Below, piece after piece: positions 55,119 through 64,000 of a stretch of 64,000 bases of DNA. The position numbers and the translations under genes were made by a program. Below the pieces are notes generated by a model. It was not told the DNA's origin, did not search any database, and saw only the letters and a list, made by a program, of their open reading frames with translations. Numbering within the stretch: position 1 is the first letter of the stretch; the number at the start of each line of letters is the position of its first letter. Origin of the DNA: Bacteroides sp. (GTDB taxonomy: Bacteria > Bacteroidota > Bacteroidia > Bacteroidales > Muribaculaceae); NCBI GenBank assembly GCA_014801525.1, contig JAAVEB010000014.1, forward strand, positions 25,143 to 89,142, written 5' to 3'.

Positions 55119-55222
55119 TAATATTAGAATCTATTATTGCAATAACTACTAAACAGAAAATCACATCCCTGTATACACTTTACAACATTGTAAAAAAGCC
55201 CTGTCGTGAGACAGGGCTTTTT
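55119..55222 (+). ncRNA. Candidate ~105-nt sRNA
   Basis: TTG(55083)...TAATTTTG(55106-55113) promoter; no ORF; ends in GCCCTGTC-GTGA-GACAGGGC-TTTTT; 5' end approximate. Confidence 0.5.
55192..55222. terminator. Bidirectional terminator (sRNA candidate / pepP)
   Basis: AAAAAAGCCCTGTC-GTGA-GACAGGGCTTTTT. Confidence 0.9.
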
Positions 55223-55251
55223 CCTTTCGTTTCATAATAGATTTCGCCGCC

Positions 55252-56625
55252 TTATCGCAAAGCCTCGACCTCCTCGGTGGTGAGAGGAATCTTTTTGCCG
55301 AGACGGCGGGCGCCGTCGGCGGTAATGAGATAATCTTCCTCATTGCGCACTCCGGTGAAGTCGCGCCACTTTTCAAGCTCGGCGTAGTTGATAAAGTCGG
55401 CAAAGCGCTTTTCAGAGCCCCAATAGTCAATCAGCTCAGGGATGAAATAGATGCCCGGCTCGATGGTGTGCACAAATCCGGGCTCAAGCGGACGAGCCAG
55501 GCGCAGCGACTTTCTTCCGAACTGGGTACTCTTAGGCTCGCCGTTGTAGCCCACCCACACTTCGCCAAGATTCTCCATGTCGTGAACGTCAAGCCCCATC
55601 ATGTGACCGAGTCCGCAAGGATAGAACATGGCATGGGCGCCGACGGCAACAGCCTCGGCAGGGTCCCCCTTCATGATGCCGAGATCCTTAAGCCCCTGGC
55701 ACACCACGGTGCACGACAGCTCATAGATGTCCTTGAACGGAACTCCCGGCTTAAGAGCGGCAACCGAAGCAAGGTGGGAGGCAACCTGAAGATCATAGAT
55801 GAGCTTCTGGCGCGAGGTGTAGGTCTTGTCGGCGCATATCGTCGACGACATGTCGCCCGCATAGCCCATCGGAGTCTCAGCTCCGGCATCGATAAGAAGC
55901 ATATCGCCCGGCTTCACGATGTGATGATGGGCATGATTGTGAAGAGTCTGCCCGTGGGTGGTGGCTATGGTCGGGAACGAAAGGCGACAACCGTTGGCGG
56001 CAGCGACGCTCTCGATAACAGCCACGATTTCATATTCATGCATCCCGGGGCGGAGAGCCTTCATGGCAGCTATGTGCATATCGGCGGTCACGTTGCAGGC
56101 ACGTTCAATCTCGGCAATCTCCTCTTCGGTCTTGTGCGATCTCATGTCGACAATGGCACGGATGAGGTCGACCGACGGAGTTTCCGCCCCCGGCTTTATA
56201 TTCAGCCAGTCAAGCAGCTTCAGCTTGTGCTCGGCTCGATAAGTTGGCGTATAGTGGATTTTTTGTCCCGACTTTGCCGCTTTCTCAAGATAACCCTTAA
56301 TGTCGGCGGCAGGGAGAGTGGTGTCTATGCCCACCATTCCCGCCTTCTCATGGAGCGTGGGCTGATTGCCCATCCACACGATAGCGTCAATGGTGAGTTC
56401 ATCGCCAAAAATGATTTCCCGGTCATTGTCGATATCTATAATGGCGTTAAGCCCGGCATAAGGAAGACCGAAATAATATAAGAACGAGGAATCCTGACGG
56501 AAGTCATAGGTATTGTCCTCATAGTTGCATCCCGTTTCATCGTTACCGATAAAAAGAATCAGTCCGCTGCCAACGCGCTTTTTAAGCTCATTGCGGCGTG
56601 AAATATAAGTTTCGCGTGAAAACAT
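55252..56625 (-). CDS. pepP: Xaa-Pro aminopeptidase (M24B)
   Basis: FRQDSSF.Y, LLIDAGAE, GLGHMMGLDVHD, TIEPGIYF, R.EED. Confidence 0.9.
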   Translation of the reverse strand: MFSRETYISRRNELKKRVGSGLILFIGNDETGCNYEDNTYDFRQDSSFLYYFGLPYAGLNAIIDIDNDREIIFGDELTIDAIVWMGNQPTLHEKAGMVGIDTTLPAADIKGYLEKAAKSGQKIHYTPTYRAEHKLKLLDWLNIKPGAETPSVDLIRAIVDMRSHKTEEEIAEIERACNVTADMHIAAMKALRPGMHEYEIVAVIESVAAANGCRLSFPTIATTHGQTLHNHAHHHIVKPGDMLLIDAGAETPMGYAGDMSSTICADKTYTSRQKLIYDLQVASHLASVAALKPGVPFKDIYELSCTVVCQGLKDLGIMKGDPAEAVAVGAHAMFYPCGLGHMMGLDVHDMENLGEVWVGYNGEPKSTQFGRKSLRLARPLEPGFVHTIEPGIYFIPELIDYWGSEKRFADFINYAELEKWRDFTGVRNEEDYLITADGARRLGKKIPLTTEEVEALR

Positions 56626-56924
56626 GATTTTACAATTAGGTTATAATCTTCAAATTTACGGTTTTTATTCAACACTATCACCACCGGCACGCTACAAAAT
56701 CACGTCAGCGCCAAAAAGCCGCATCGCATAGGCGTGGGGACATGAGGAGCCATGTCGACAGTTTTATGCCGATATGAGATGTGGTGATTCGGCAGCTTTT
56801 GTTAATAATTGTTAATGGGGGGGGGGGTGTTAATGTATGATAATGTTATTGGATGTGTCGGGATTATGTCATATCTTTGTGAGGATAAAAACTTATTTGT
56901 AAACCAATTTAATATAAATTACAC

Positions 56925-57368
56925 ATGGGATTGTTTGATAAAGTATTTTCAAAGGCTCCTGAAGCTGAGCCGCTTAATGCACAAGAATCATTTGCCGGTA
57001 TCGCGCTTGCTATGGCTGGTGCCGATGGAAGCATCGCCGACTCGGAATGGGAGGGTATCGTAAATTATATTCGTCGTCTTCGTTTGTATGACAACTATTC
57101 AGGTCCTGCGTTCGACAAGATGTTTGACAAGGTGTTCCGCATTCTTCGCAATGAGGGTCCTGCGGCATTGGTTGCTGCGTCGGTTCAGGGCTTGCCCGAA
57201 GATTTGAAGCTCACCGCTTTCGCTTGCGCCGTAGATATCGCGCTTGCCGACGGTGTTGTTGAGGACGAGGAGAAGGAAGTAATCAACCAGCTCGCTGAAG
57301 CTCTTGAGATTTCGGAGCAGATTGCAGTTCAGATTATCGAGGTCTTGATTATCAAGAACAAGGCTTAA
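56925..57368 (+). CDS. TerB-family (tellurite resistance) protein
   Basis: ADG.I...E and ADG.V...EKE duplicated motifs; TATCTTTG promoter at 56872-56879. Confidence 0.85.
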   Translation: MGLFDKVFSKAPEAEPLNAQESFAGIALAMAGADGSIADSEWEGIVNYIRRLRLYDNYSGPAFDKMFDKVFRILRNEGPAALVAASVQGLPEDLKLTAFACAVDIALADGVVEDEEKEVINQLAEALEISEQIAVQIIEVLIIKNKA

Positions 57369-57388
57369 GGGTTAAAAACCAGATAAAC

Positions 57389-57431
57389 AAAAAAAAAGCG
57401 TGTCCTGTCGATTATGGGACACGCTTTTTTT
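57389..57431. terminator. Bidirectional terminator between terB and GH51
   Basis: AAAAAAAAAGCGTGTCC-loop-GGACACGCTTTTTTT. Confidence 0.88.
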
Positions 57432-57437
57432 ATTGAG

Positions 57438-59000
57438 TTATTGCAACTTCAGGGTGAGGTTGACGACTGATTTTGCGGGGAGCGAGAGGGTGAGCCGGTC
57501 TTTGGACTGTTTTGCTCCCGTGAAGGGGCGCAGAGTGACTTTTTCAGCTGTTCCGAAGTCGTTGTAGTCGGCTATATCGGCGGCGGTGAGTATCTCGCCG
57601 TTTTCAAGTTTTGCTTTTATGCCGAGCGGTATGGTGACTTCGGCGGTTTTGTCGAGATCGATGTTGGCGAGGGTGATGTTCATCTCGCCGTCCTTGACTG
57701 AAGCAGTGGCGCTGACCGTGGGGACGGAGCGGTCGCCTCGCACAGCGCGTGAGGAGGTGGCGATGTCGAGCGGCACCACTGTGGCGTTCTGATGAGGCGT
57801 GTACATCTTGAAGACGTAGTAGGTGGGGGTGAGCACCATTTGGTCGCCCTTGGTGAGAATCATCGACTGGAGCACATTGGCGATTTGGGCTATGTTTGCC
57901 ATTTTCACGCGGTCGGTGTGGCGGTGGAACACGTTCAGGCTCAGCGCTGCGACAAGGGCATCGCGCATGGTGTTTTGCTGGTAGAGGTGTCCCGGAATCG
58001 AGCCGGGTTCCTGATCCCACCATGTGCCCCACTCGTCGACAATCAGCGCCACTTTCTTGCCGGGGTCATAGACGCCCATGATTGAATCGTGGCGATTGAT
58101 TACATTTTCAATTTCCAGACATTTGCCCATGGTCCAGTAGAAATCATCGTCGGAGAACTCGGTGGCTGCGCCTTTGCTGCCATTCCATCCGCTCACGGTG
58201 TAGTAATGCAGTGAGAGCCCGTTCATGTGGCGACCGGCGTTTTTCATCAGCACGTTGGTCCAGTTGAAGTCATAGTCGCTCGCGCCTGAGGCTATTTTGT
58301 AGAGCCTGTTGCCGTTGAAGTTGCGGCAGTAGGTTTGATAGCGGCGATATTCGTTGGCATAGGCTTCGGGGGTGAAGCTGCCGCCGCATCCCCAGCTTTC
58401 GTTTCCGACACCGAGGTATTTCAATTTCCACGGTTTTTCGCGTCCGTTTTCCTTGCGAAGTTTTGCCATGGGACCATCTTGGGCGGTGATGTATTCCACC
58501 CATTTCGCAAGCTCCTCGACGGTGCCGCTTCCGACATTGCCGCTCAGATAAGGCTCGCAGCCGATCAGTTCGCAGAGGTTGAAGAATTCGTGGGTTCCGA
58601 AGCTGTTGTCTTCGACGGTGCCTCCCCAGTTGGTGTTGACCATCACAGGACGCTTTTCGCGTGGACCGATTCCGTCGGTCCAGTGGTATTCGTCGGCAAA
58701 GCATCCTCCCGGCCATCGGAGCACGGGGACTTTCAGGTCTTTCAGCGCTTGCAAGGCATCGTTGCGATAACCGTTGGTGTTGGGGATGGGGGAGTCTTCG
58801 CCCACCCAAAGTCCGCCATAGATGCAGGTGCCGAGATGCTCGGCAAACTGACCGTAGATTTCGGCGGGGATTGTGAGCGTTGAATCGATGCGGTCAAAAA
58901 GAGGTGTGACCGTGGCGGTTTCAGTGGCTGCCGAGACAGGCAGCGAGAATAGCATTGCGGCAGCCGCAATTGAAGATTTAAGGATGTTTTTTCGGTTCAT
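57438..59000 (-). CDS. Alpha-L-arabinofuranosidase (GH51), secreted
   Basis: [52 protein letters not shown]. Confidence 0.93.
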   Translation of the reverse strand: MNRKNILKSSIAAAAMLFSLPVSAATETATVTPLFDRIDSTLTIPAEIYGQFAEHLGTCIYGGLWVGEDSPIPNTNGYRNDALQALKDLKVPVLRWPGGCFADEYHWTDGIGPREKRPVMVNTNWGGTVEDNSFGTHEFFNLCELIGCEPYLSGNVGSGTVEELAKWVEYITAQDGPMAKLRKENGREKPWKLKYLGVGNESWGCGGSFTPEAYANEYRRYQTYCRNFNGNRLYKIASGASDYDFNWTNVLMKNAGRHMNGLSLHYYTVSGWNGSKGAATEFSDDDFYWTMGKCLEIENVINRHDSIMGVYDPGKKVALIVDEWGTWWDQEPGSIPGHLYQQNTMRDALVAALSLNVFHRHTDRVKMANIAQIANVLQSMILTKGDQMVLTPTYYVFKMYTPHQNATVVPLDIATSSRAVRGDRSVPTVSATASVKDGEMNITLANIDLDKTAEVTIPLGIKAKLENGEILTAADIADYNDFGTAEKVTLRPFTGAKQSKDRLTLSLPAKSVVNLTLKLQ

Positions 59001-59205
59001 TTATGATTGGATTACATGGTTTTGCGTTTGCCGATAATGAAGTGGCACGTTGCAAGGCAAAGTTAGGCAATTCAATCGGGAATAACTAATGATTGGACAG
59101 GAAACTTTGCGGTCCGCTCGCCGGGAGAAGCGGTAGCACGCAAAAATATTTTGAGGGGATTTGACTCCATTTGTTTTTGTTGGGGTGACAGTGTGGGAAT
59201 AATGC

Positions 59206-59239
59206 AAAAAACGGAAGTCTTTTTAGAAGACTTCCGTTT
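59206..59239 (-). terminator. Terminator after tRNA-Leu
   Basis: AAACGGAAGTCTT-loop-AAGACTTCCGTTT with U-tract on minus strand. Confidence 0.85.
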
Positions 59240-59242
59240 CTG

Positions 59243-59324
59243 TACCCAGACCCGGGATCGAACCGGGATGGATTGCTCCACTGGTGTTTGAGACCAGCGC
59301 GTCTACCGATTCCGCCATCTGGGC
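59243..59324 (-). tRNA. tRNA-Leu(CAA)
   Basis: Reverse complement GCCCAGA...CTGGT-CTCAAAC-ACCAG...GGTTCGATCCC...TCTGGGTA; TACCTTTG promoter at 59336-59343. Confidence 0.95.
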
Positions 59325-59410
59325 TTTTGGTTGGGCAAAGGTAAGGAGTTTTTTTGGGATGCGCAAGTGTTTGCGGAGTAAATTGTGGGGGAAGGGCATT
59401 AAAATGCATG

Positions 59411-59448
59411 AAAAAAGCATGGATTCCGGAAAATGGGAATCCATGCTT
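59411..59448 (-). terminator. Terminator after the argS-yccA genes
   Basis: AAGCATGGATTCC-loop-GGAATCCATGCTT followed by U-tract on minus strand. Confidence 0.8.
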
Positions 59449-59468
59449 GGATATTCTTGAATCTTCTC

Positions 59469-60170
59469 TTAGTCGCGGCTGCTACCGAAGAAGCGTAGCA
59501 GATAGAGGAAGAGGTTGATGAAGTCAAGATAGAGCGAGAGGGCGCCGATGGTGGCGAGGCGTGATTCGTTGAGTCCGCTGCCATACTGTGCCATCTGCTT
59601 GATTTTCTGAGTGTCCCATGCGGTGAGACCCACGAAAATCAGAACGCCGGCTATCGACACGATCCATTCAAGCGTGCTGTTTGCCCAGAAAATGTTCACT
59701 ACGCTCGCGATTATGAGCCCGATAAGCGCCATGAACAGGAATGATCCCATCTTGGTGAGGTCGCGGTTAGTGAAGTAGCCGTAGACGCTCATGGCTCCGA
59801 AGACTCCTGCGGTGATGAGGAATGTCTTGAAGATGGATACAGGAGTGTAGGCATAGAATATCAGGGCGAATGTCACGCCGTTGATCAGTGAGTAGGCGAA
59901 GAACAGAGCAGTCGCCGCGGGAGAGCTTATTTTGTTTACAGCGCCGCTGATGCCGAAGACCATGAGGAGCTCAACAATGAGAAGTCCCCAGTAGACCCAA
60001 CTGTGGGTGGCGAGGAACATTACAAGATTAGGTATGCCTGAGCACACGGCAGCCGCTCCGGCGGTGACAAGCAGCGCCAGGAACATCTTGACATAAACTT
60101 GTTTCATTACCTGCGAAACACGGGTGTCGAGCGACTGTGATTCGTAGGAGTTGAGATTGTAATTGTTCAT
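59469..60170 (-). CDS. Bax inhibitor-1/YccA family membrane protein
   Basis: About 7 TM helices; AWDTQKIK, ALSLYLDFINLFLYLLR. Confidence 0.92.
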   Translation of the reverse strand: MNNYNLNSYESQSLDTRVSQVMKQVYVKMFLALLVTAGAAAVCSGIPNLVMFLATHSWVYWGLLIVELLMVFGISGAVNKISSPAATALFFAYSLINGVTFALIFYAYTPVSIFKTFLITAGVFGAMSVYGYFTNRDLTKMGSFLFMALIGLIIASVVNIFWANSTLEWIVSIAGVLIFVGLTAWDTQKIKQMAQYGSGLNESRLATIGALSLYLDFINLFLYLLRFFGSSRD

Positions 60171-60199
60171 ATTGTTAAATGTTAAGTTGTTGCATTGTG

Positions 60200-61984
60200 T
60201 TACATTCTCTCGGGCACTTCGATTCCGAGTAGTCCCATACCTTTCTTAACAACTGAAGCCACGTTTTTGCTCAGTGCGAGTCGCAATGAGCGTGTTGCCT
60301 CGTCAGATTCGTTGAGAATAGAGTAGTCGTGATAGAACTGGTTGTATTCTTTTACGAGGTCATAGACATAGTTGGCTATCAGAGCGGGCGAGTAGGCGCG
60401 ACCGGCTTCGGCTACCACCTGGGGGAAGTCGGCAAGGTGCTGGATGAGCGAAATCTCTTTTTCATTTGGCTCAACCGCATCATAGCCCTTGATGGCGTAT
60501 CCTGCCGCTTCAGCCTTGCGAAGCACCGAGCGGATGCGGGCATAGGTGTACTGGATGAAGGGTCCCGTGTTGCCGTTGAAGTCGATTGATTCCTTGGGGT
60601 TGAAAGTGATGTTCTTTCGGGGGTCGACTTTGAGAAGGAAATATTTCAGGGCGCCCATTCCGACGATGCGCGCTATTTCTGCCGACTCTTCGGGGGTGAA
60701 GTCGCATTTGCCGCGCTCAGCCGACACTTCGGCAGCGTCGCGTATCATGTCGTCCATGAGGTCGTCGGCGTCGACCACGGTGCCTTCGCGGCTTTTCATC
60801 TTGCCCTCGGGGAGCTCCACCATTCCGTAGGAGAAATGAACGAGATCCTTGCCCCACTTGAATCCGAGACGGTCAAGGAGAAGCGACAGCACCTGGAAGT
60901 GATAGTTCTGCTCGTTGCCCACGACATAGATCATCTTGTCGATAGGATAGTCGCGGTAACGCAGTTTGGCGGTGCCGATGTCCTGAGTCATGTAGACCGA
61001 CGTGCCGTCGCTGCGCAGGAGCAGTTTGTGGTCGAGACCGGCGTCAGTGAGGTCTGCCCACACCGAGCCGTCGTCCTTGCGATACATGATGCCTTTTTCA
61101 AGTCCTTCGAGCACTTTTTCCTTGCCTTCGAGGTAGGTGTTGCTCTCGTAGTATATCTTGTCGAAGTCCACGCCAAGACGCTTGTAGGTCACGTCAAATC
61201 CGTCATATACCCATGTGTTCATGCGTTCCCACAGCGCGCGCACTTCGGGGTCGCGAGCCTCCCACTTGCGGAGCATTTCTCTCGCTTCAGCCATGAGTGG
61301 CGAGGCGGCTTCCGCTTCTTCCTGGGTCATGCCCTTTTCCATGAGTTCCTTCACCTCGGCTTTGTAATGCTTGTCGAAGAGCACATAGAAGTCGCCGATG
61401 AGGTGGTCGCCCTTTTTGCCTGTCGACTCGGGGGTGGCGCCATCGCCCCACTTCTGCCATGCGAGCATCGACTTGCAGATGTGGATTCCGCGGTCATTGA
61501 CGATGTTGGTCTTGATGACGTTGTTGCCGCAGGCTTTAAGAATTTCGGCAAGGCTGTAGCCAAGCAGATTGTTGCGGATGTGTCCCAGGTGGAGGGGCTT
61601 ATTGGTGTTGGGCGACGAATATTCCACCATCACCAGCGGGCTCTCGGGAGTCGCGCTGCGGAATCCGAAATTGTCGGTTGTGTCGATGTGACGCAGCATC
61701 GAGGTGAAGTAGGTTGGTTCGATCACTATGTTGAGAAATCCCTTGATGACGTTGAATCGGTTTACTGCCGGTTCATTGTCGACAAGCCATTCTCCAATCT
61801 CTTTTCCCACAGCTTCGGGCGACTTGCGCGCGGCTTTTACCCATGGGAACACAACGATGGTGAGGTTGCCCTCAAATTCTTTTTTAGTTGTTTGTGGCAC
61901 AATCGACGAGGGGTCGCATTCTACTCCGTAAAGTTCACGGACGGCGCGCGCCACGGCTTGAGCTATAATATCATCAATAGACAT
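60200..61984 (-). CDS. argS: Arginine--tRNA ligase
   Basis: VEYSSPNTNKPLHLGH, GKMKSREG, GPFIQYTYAR, GLLGIEVPERM; TATATTTG promoter at 62050-62057. Confidence 0.97.
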   Translation of the reverse strand: MSIDDIIAQAVARAVRELYGVECDPSSIVPQTTKKEFEGNLTIVVFPWVKAARKSPEAVGKEIGEWLVDNEPAVNRFNVIKGFLNIVIEPTYFTSMLRHIDTTDNFGFRSATPESPLVMVEYSSPNTNKPLHLGHIRNNLLGYSLAEILKACGNNVIKTNIVNDRGIHICKSMLAWQKWGDGATPESTGKKGDHLIGDFYVLFDKHYKAEVKELMEKGMTQEEAEAASPLMAEAREMLRKWEARDPEVRALWERMNTWVYDGFDVTYKRLGVDFDKIYYESNTYLEGKEKVLEGLEKGIMYRKDDGSVWADLTDAGLDHKLLLRSDGTSVYMTQDIGTAKLRYRDYPIDKMIYVVGNEQNYHFQVLSLLLDRLGFKWGKDLVHFSYGMVELPEGKMKSREGTVVDADDLMDDMIRDAAEVSAERGKCDFTPEESAEIARIVGMGALKYFLLKVDPRKNITFNPKESIDFNGNTGPFIQYTYARIRSVLRKAEAAGYAIKGYDAVEPNEKEISLIQHLADFPQVVAEAGRAYSPALIANYVYDLVKEYNQFYHDYSILNESDEATRSLRLALSKNVASVVKKGMGLLGIEVPERM

Positions 61985-62061
61985 AGTGATTGTTGTATAT
62001 ATATTTTTTTTAAGTTGTCAATATAATCGGTTTCTCATTTAAGAAAGTACAAATATACTAC

Positions 62062-62128
62062 AAAAAAAAATTATTTGTCTCACGACAAATAATCTTCTTA
62101 ACCTTAAATCTAATACCATGAAAAACAC
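62062..62128 (-). ncRNA. Candidate ~67-nt sRNA with a seed antisense to start-codon regions
   Basis: TAACTTTG promoter (62133-62140), then GTGTTTTTCATGGTATTAGATTTAAGGTTAAG, then ATTATTTGTC-GTGA-GACAAATAAT and U-tract. Confidence 0.65.
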
Positions 62129-62307
62129 GGTGCAAAGTTAAGCGTTTTATGTTTTAAAACATAATAATGCAGCATAAAAATCATTTTTAATAACATTATT
62201 TAACATTATAGGGTGTTTTCGGGGGTAAAAATAAGTCCGGAATCGCAGCCCGGGTTTAGTGAGGCGCGATTCCGGATTGTATCAAAGGCGATGTAAGGGG
62301 GAAAATT

Positions 62308-63321
62308 TTATTTTGCTTCCCAGTGTTCGCCGGCGAGAATCATGTCGCGAAGTGTGGAGAACCCTTTCTTGGCGCGCACTTCGGCGATCTGCTTGTCAAG
62401 TTCTTCGTTGTAGACGGGGCTTTCGACATCGCGGATTATTCCGACAGCGAGGGGCAGCGAGTAGCCGTCCATCATGGCGAGTTGCTGATGAAGGAAGTTG
62501 CTCGGAGTGTGGGCGTCATGAACGAGCACGTCGTCGATGGTGTAGCCGTCTTTGCCTATCTCAACCGCTTTCAACAGGAATCCGTCCTGAACAAGACCTT
62601 TGTCCATGTTCTTGCCGAATAGCATCTTTTCGCCGTGGCGCAGATGGATGGTGCGGTCGGCGCGGAATTCGCGGTCAGTTATGTGGTTGTGGATGCCGTT
62701 GTTGAAAATCACGCAGTTCTGAAGCATTTCGACTACCGACGCGCCTTTGTGGCGTGCGGCGGCAGCCATCACTTCCTGTCCTACGGTCAAATCCACGTCA
62801 ATGGCTCTCGCGAAGAAGTTGCCGCGGGCGCCAAACACGAGCTCGGCGGGGATGAAGGGGTCCTCGACAGTGCCGTAGGGCGACGACTTGCTGACGAAGC
62901 CGCGGTCGCTGGTGGGCGAATACTGTCCTTTGGTGAGTCCGTAGATTTTATTGTTGAAAAGGAGGATGTTGAGATCGATGTTGCGGCGCACTGCGTGGAT
63001 GAAGTGGTTTCCGCCGATGGCGAGACCGTCGCCGTCGCCTGATATCTGCCACACGGTCATTTCGGGATTGGCGATTTTGAAGCCGGTTGCAACGGCGGCA
63101 GCGCGTCCATGAATGGTGTGGAAGCCATAGGTGTTCATGTAGTAGGGCAGGCGCGAGCTACATCCGATACCTGATATTACGGCTGTTTTGTGGGGGGGCA
63201 CTCCGAGTTCCGCCATTGCCTTGTGGAGCACGTTGAGAATGGCATGGTCGCCGCAACCGGGGCACCAGCGCACCGACTGTCCGTTTTTATAGTCGGCTGC
63301 AGTATAGTTTTTACATTCCAT
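62308..63321 (-). CDS. korB: 2-oxoacid:ferredoxin oxidoreductase beta subunit
   Basis: WCPGCGD, SGIGCSSR, GDGD...IGGNH, NN.IYGLTKGQ.SPT. Confidence 0.93.
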   Translation of the reverse strand: MECKNYTAADYKNGQSVRWCPGCGDHAILNVLHKAMAELGVPPHKTAVISGIGCSSRLPYYMNTYGFHTIHGRAAAVATGFKIANPEMTVWQISGDGDGLAIGGNHFIHAVRRNIDLNILLFNNKIYGLTKGQYSPTSDRGFVSKSSPYGTVEDPFIPAELVFGARGNFFARAIDVDLTVGQEVMAAAARHKGASVVEMLQNCVIFNNGIHNHITDREFRADRTIHLRHGEKMLFGKNMDKGLVQDGFLLKAVEIGKDGYTIDDVLVHDAHTPSNFLHQQLAMMDGYSLPLAVGIIRDVESPVYNEELDKQIAEVRAKKGFSTLRDMILAGEHWEAK

Positions 63322-63334
63322 GATTCAGAGTTGT

Positions 63335-64000
63335 TTACTTTTTGTCCATGAGGTTAATAACAGCGTCGACTACTTCGCTCACCAGGAAGGGCTGTCCCTG
63401 GATTTTGTTGATGCGTTCTATCTGCATTCCGCCGAATTTGCTCTGAAGATAGTCGGCAAACTGACCGCAGTTGAGCTCGGCGCAGATGACGCGCTTGTAT
63501 TTTGACAGCACTTCGGCGGTGTTGGCGGGTAGCGGATTGATATAGCGGAAATGGGCGAAAGCCACTTTTTTGCCTTTGGCGCATAGCTCCTCGGCGGCGG
63601 TATAAAGATGTCCGTAGGTTCCGCCCCAGCCGATGAGGAGGGTATCGGCGTCTTTGTCACACATCACTTCGAGCTCGGGGATGCTGTCGGCGATGCGGGC
63701 AATCTTTTCGCGGCGCACATTCACCATGTGTTCATGATTCTGCGGGTCATTGGAGATGACGCTCGTGTTGAAGTCTTTTTCAAGACCGCCGATGCGGTGG
63801 GTCAATCCTTCGGTTCCGGGAATTGCCCAGTAGCGCACCATGGTTTCGGGGTCGCGCTCATAGGCTCTCCATCCCTCTTTGAGCGAATCGGGAACAAAGT
63901 GGGGCTTTATTTCGGGATATTCGTTGTCGTCGGGGATGCGCCATGCCGACGAGCCGTTGCCGATAAACGCGTCGGAAAGCAGGATGACCGGAGTCATGTG
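63335..64000 (-). CDS. korA: 2-oxoacid:ferredoxin oxidoreductase alpha subunit (C-terminal part; 5' end outside window)
   Basis: PVILLSD, PGT.G..HRIGGLEK, GWGGTYG, ELN.GQ. Confidence 0.9.
   Translation of the reverse strand, partial: HMTPVILLSDAFIGNGSSAWRIPDDNEYPEIKPHFVPDSLKEGWRAYERDPETMVRYWAIPGTEGLTHRIGGLEKDFNTSVISNDPQNHEHMVNVRREKIARIADSIPELEVMCDKDADTLLIGWGGTYGHLYTAAEELCAKGKKVAFAHFRYINPLPANTAEVLSKYKRVICAELNCGQFADYLQSKFGGMQIERINKIQGQPFLVSEVVDAVINLMDKK

Noticed and set aside
56925-57368. terB as part of a ter stress or defence operon
   Set aside because: It is a single gene with its own promoter and terminator, and no other ter genes are present.
60836-62026. 396-aa plus-strand ORF
   Set aside because: Antisense shadow of argS caused by codon bias.
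62118-62141. Mini-ORF MKNTVQS* on the plus strand with a good-looking leader
   Set aside because: No plus-strand promoter is evident. Promoter and terminator polarity support a minus-strand sRNA instead.

Overview
This is a chromosomal window from a Bacteroidales bacterium, probably Muribaculaceae-like. That call is inferred from TAnnTTTG promoters, AT-rich leaders without Shine-Dalgarno sites, a T9SS C-terminal-domain (CTD) protein and gene content. (1) 1-22.5 kb is a pectin monosaccharide catabolism supercluster: uxaC-exuT-uxaB-uxaA, a CE12 esterase, DUF4861 and rhaMBATD, converging on an esterase, a GH2 and kduD-(orphan GatC-like EIIC)-kdgK-eda-kduI. The KduI unusually carries a Sec signal peptide. 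(2) 22.8-30.2 kb holds DUF3943, an SIS-only KpsF-like protein, a degenerate PfkB, ribH, tRNA-Tyr/Gly/Arg and DUF4450. (3) 30.2-40.5 kb has pdxA and an inositol(-lipid) cluster: NTP transferase, ATP-grasp protein with ITPK1-like motifs, CDP-alcohol phosphotransferase, HAD and MIPS. Next to it is an operon of NTP-transferase/PLP fusion, opine dehydrogenase and cytidylyltransferase/GHMP-kinase fusion. (4) 40.6-49.1 kb is an AT-richer polymorphic toxin island. A small T9SS-CTD protein is translationally coupled to a Sec-exported SpvB/FG-GAP/RHS protein with an HExxH tip. Four related lipoproteins and a duplicated toxin 3' end follow. (5) 49.2-64 kb is mostly housekeeping: M15 peptidase, trpB2, EEP nuclease, aroQ-pyk-O-methyltransferase, pepP, terB, GH51, tRNA-Leu, yccA, argS and 2-oxoacid:ferredoxin oxidoreductase. 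It also has two promoter-to-terminator sRNA candidates. All family calls come from motif recognition by eye; no database searches were run.
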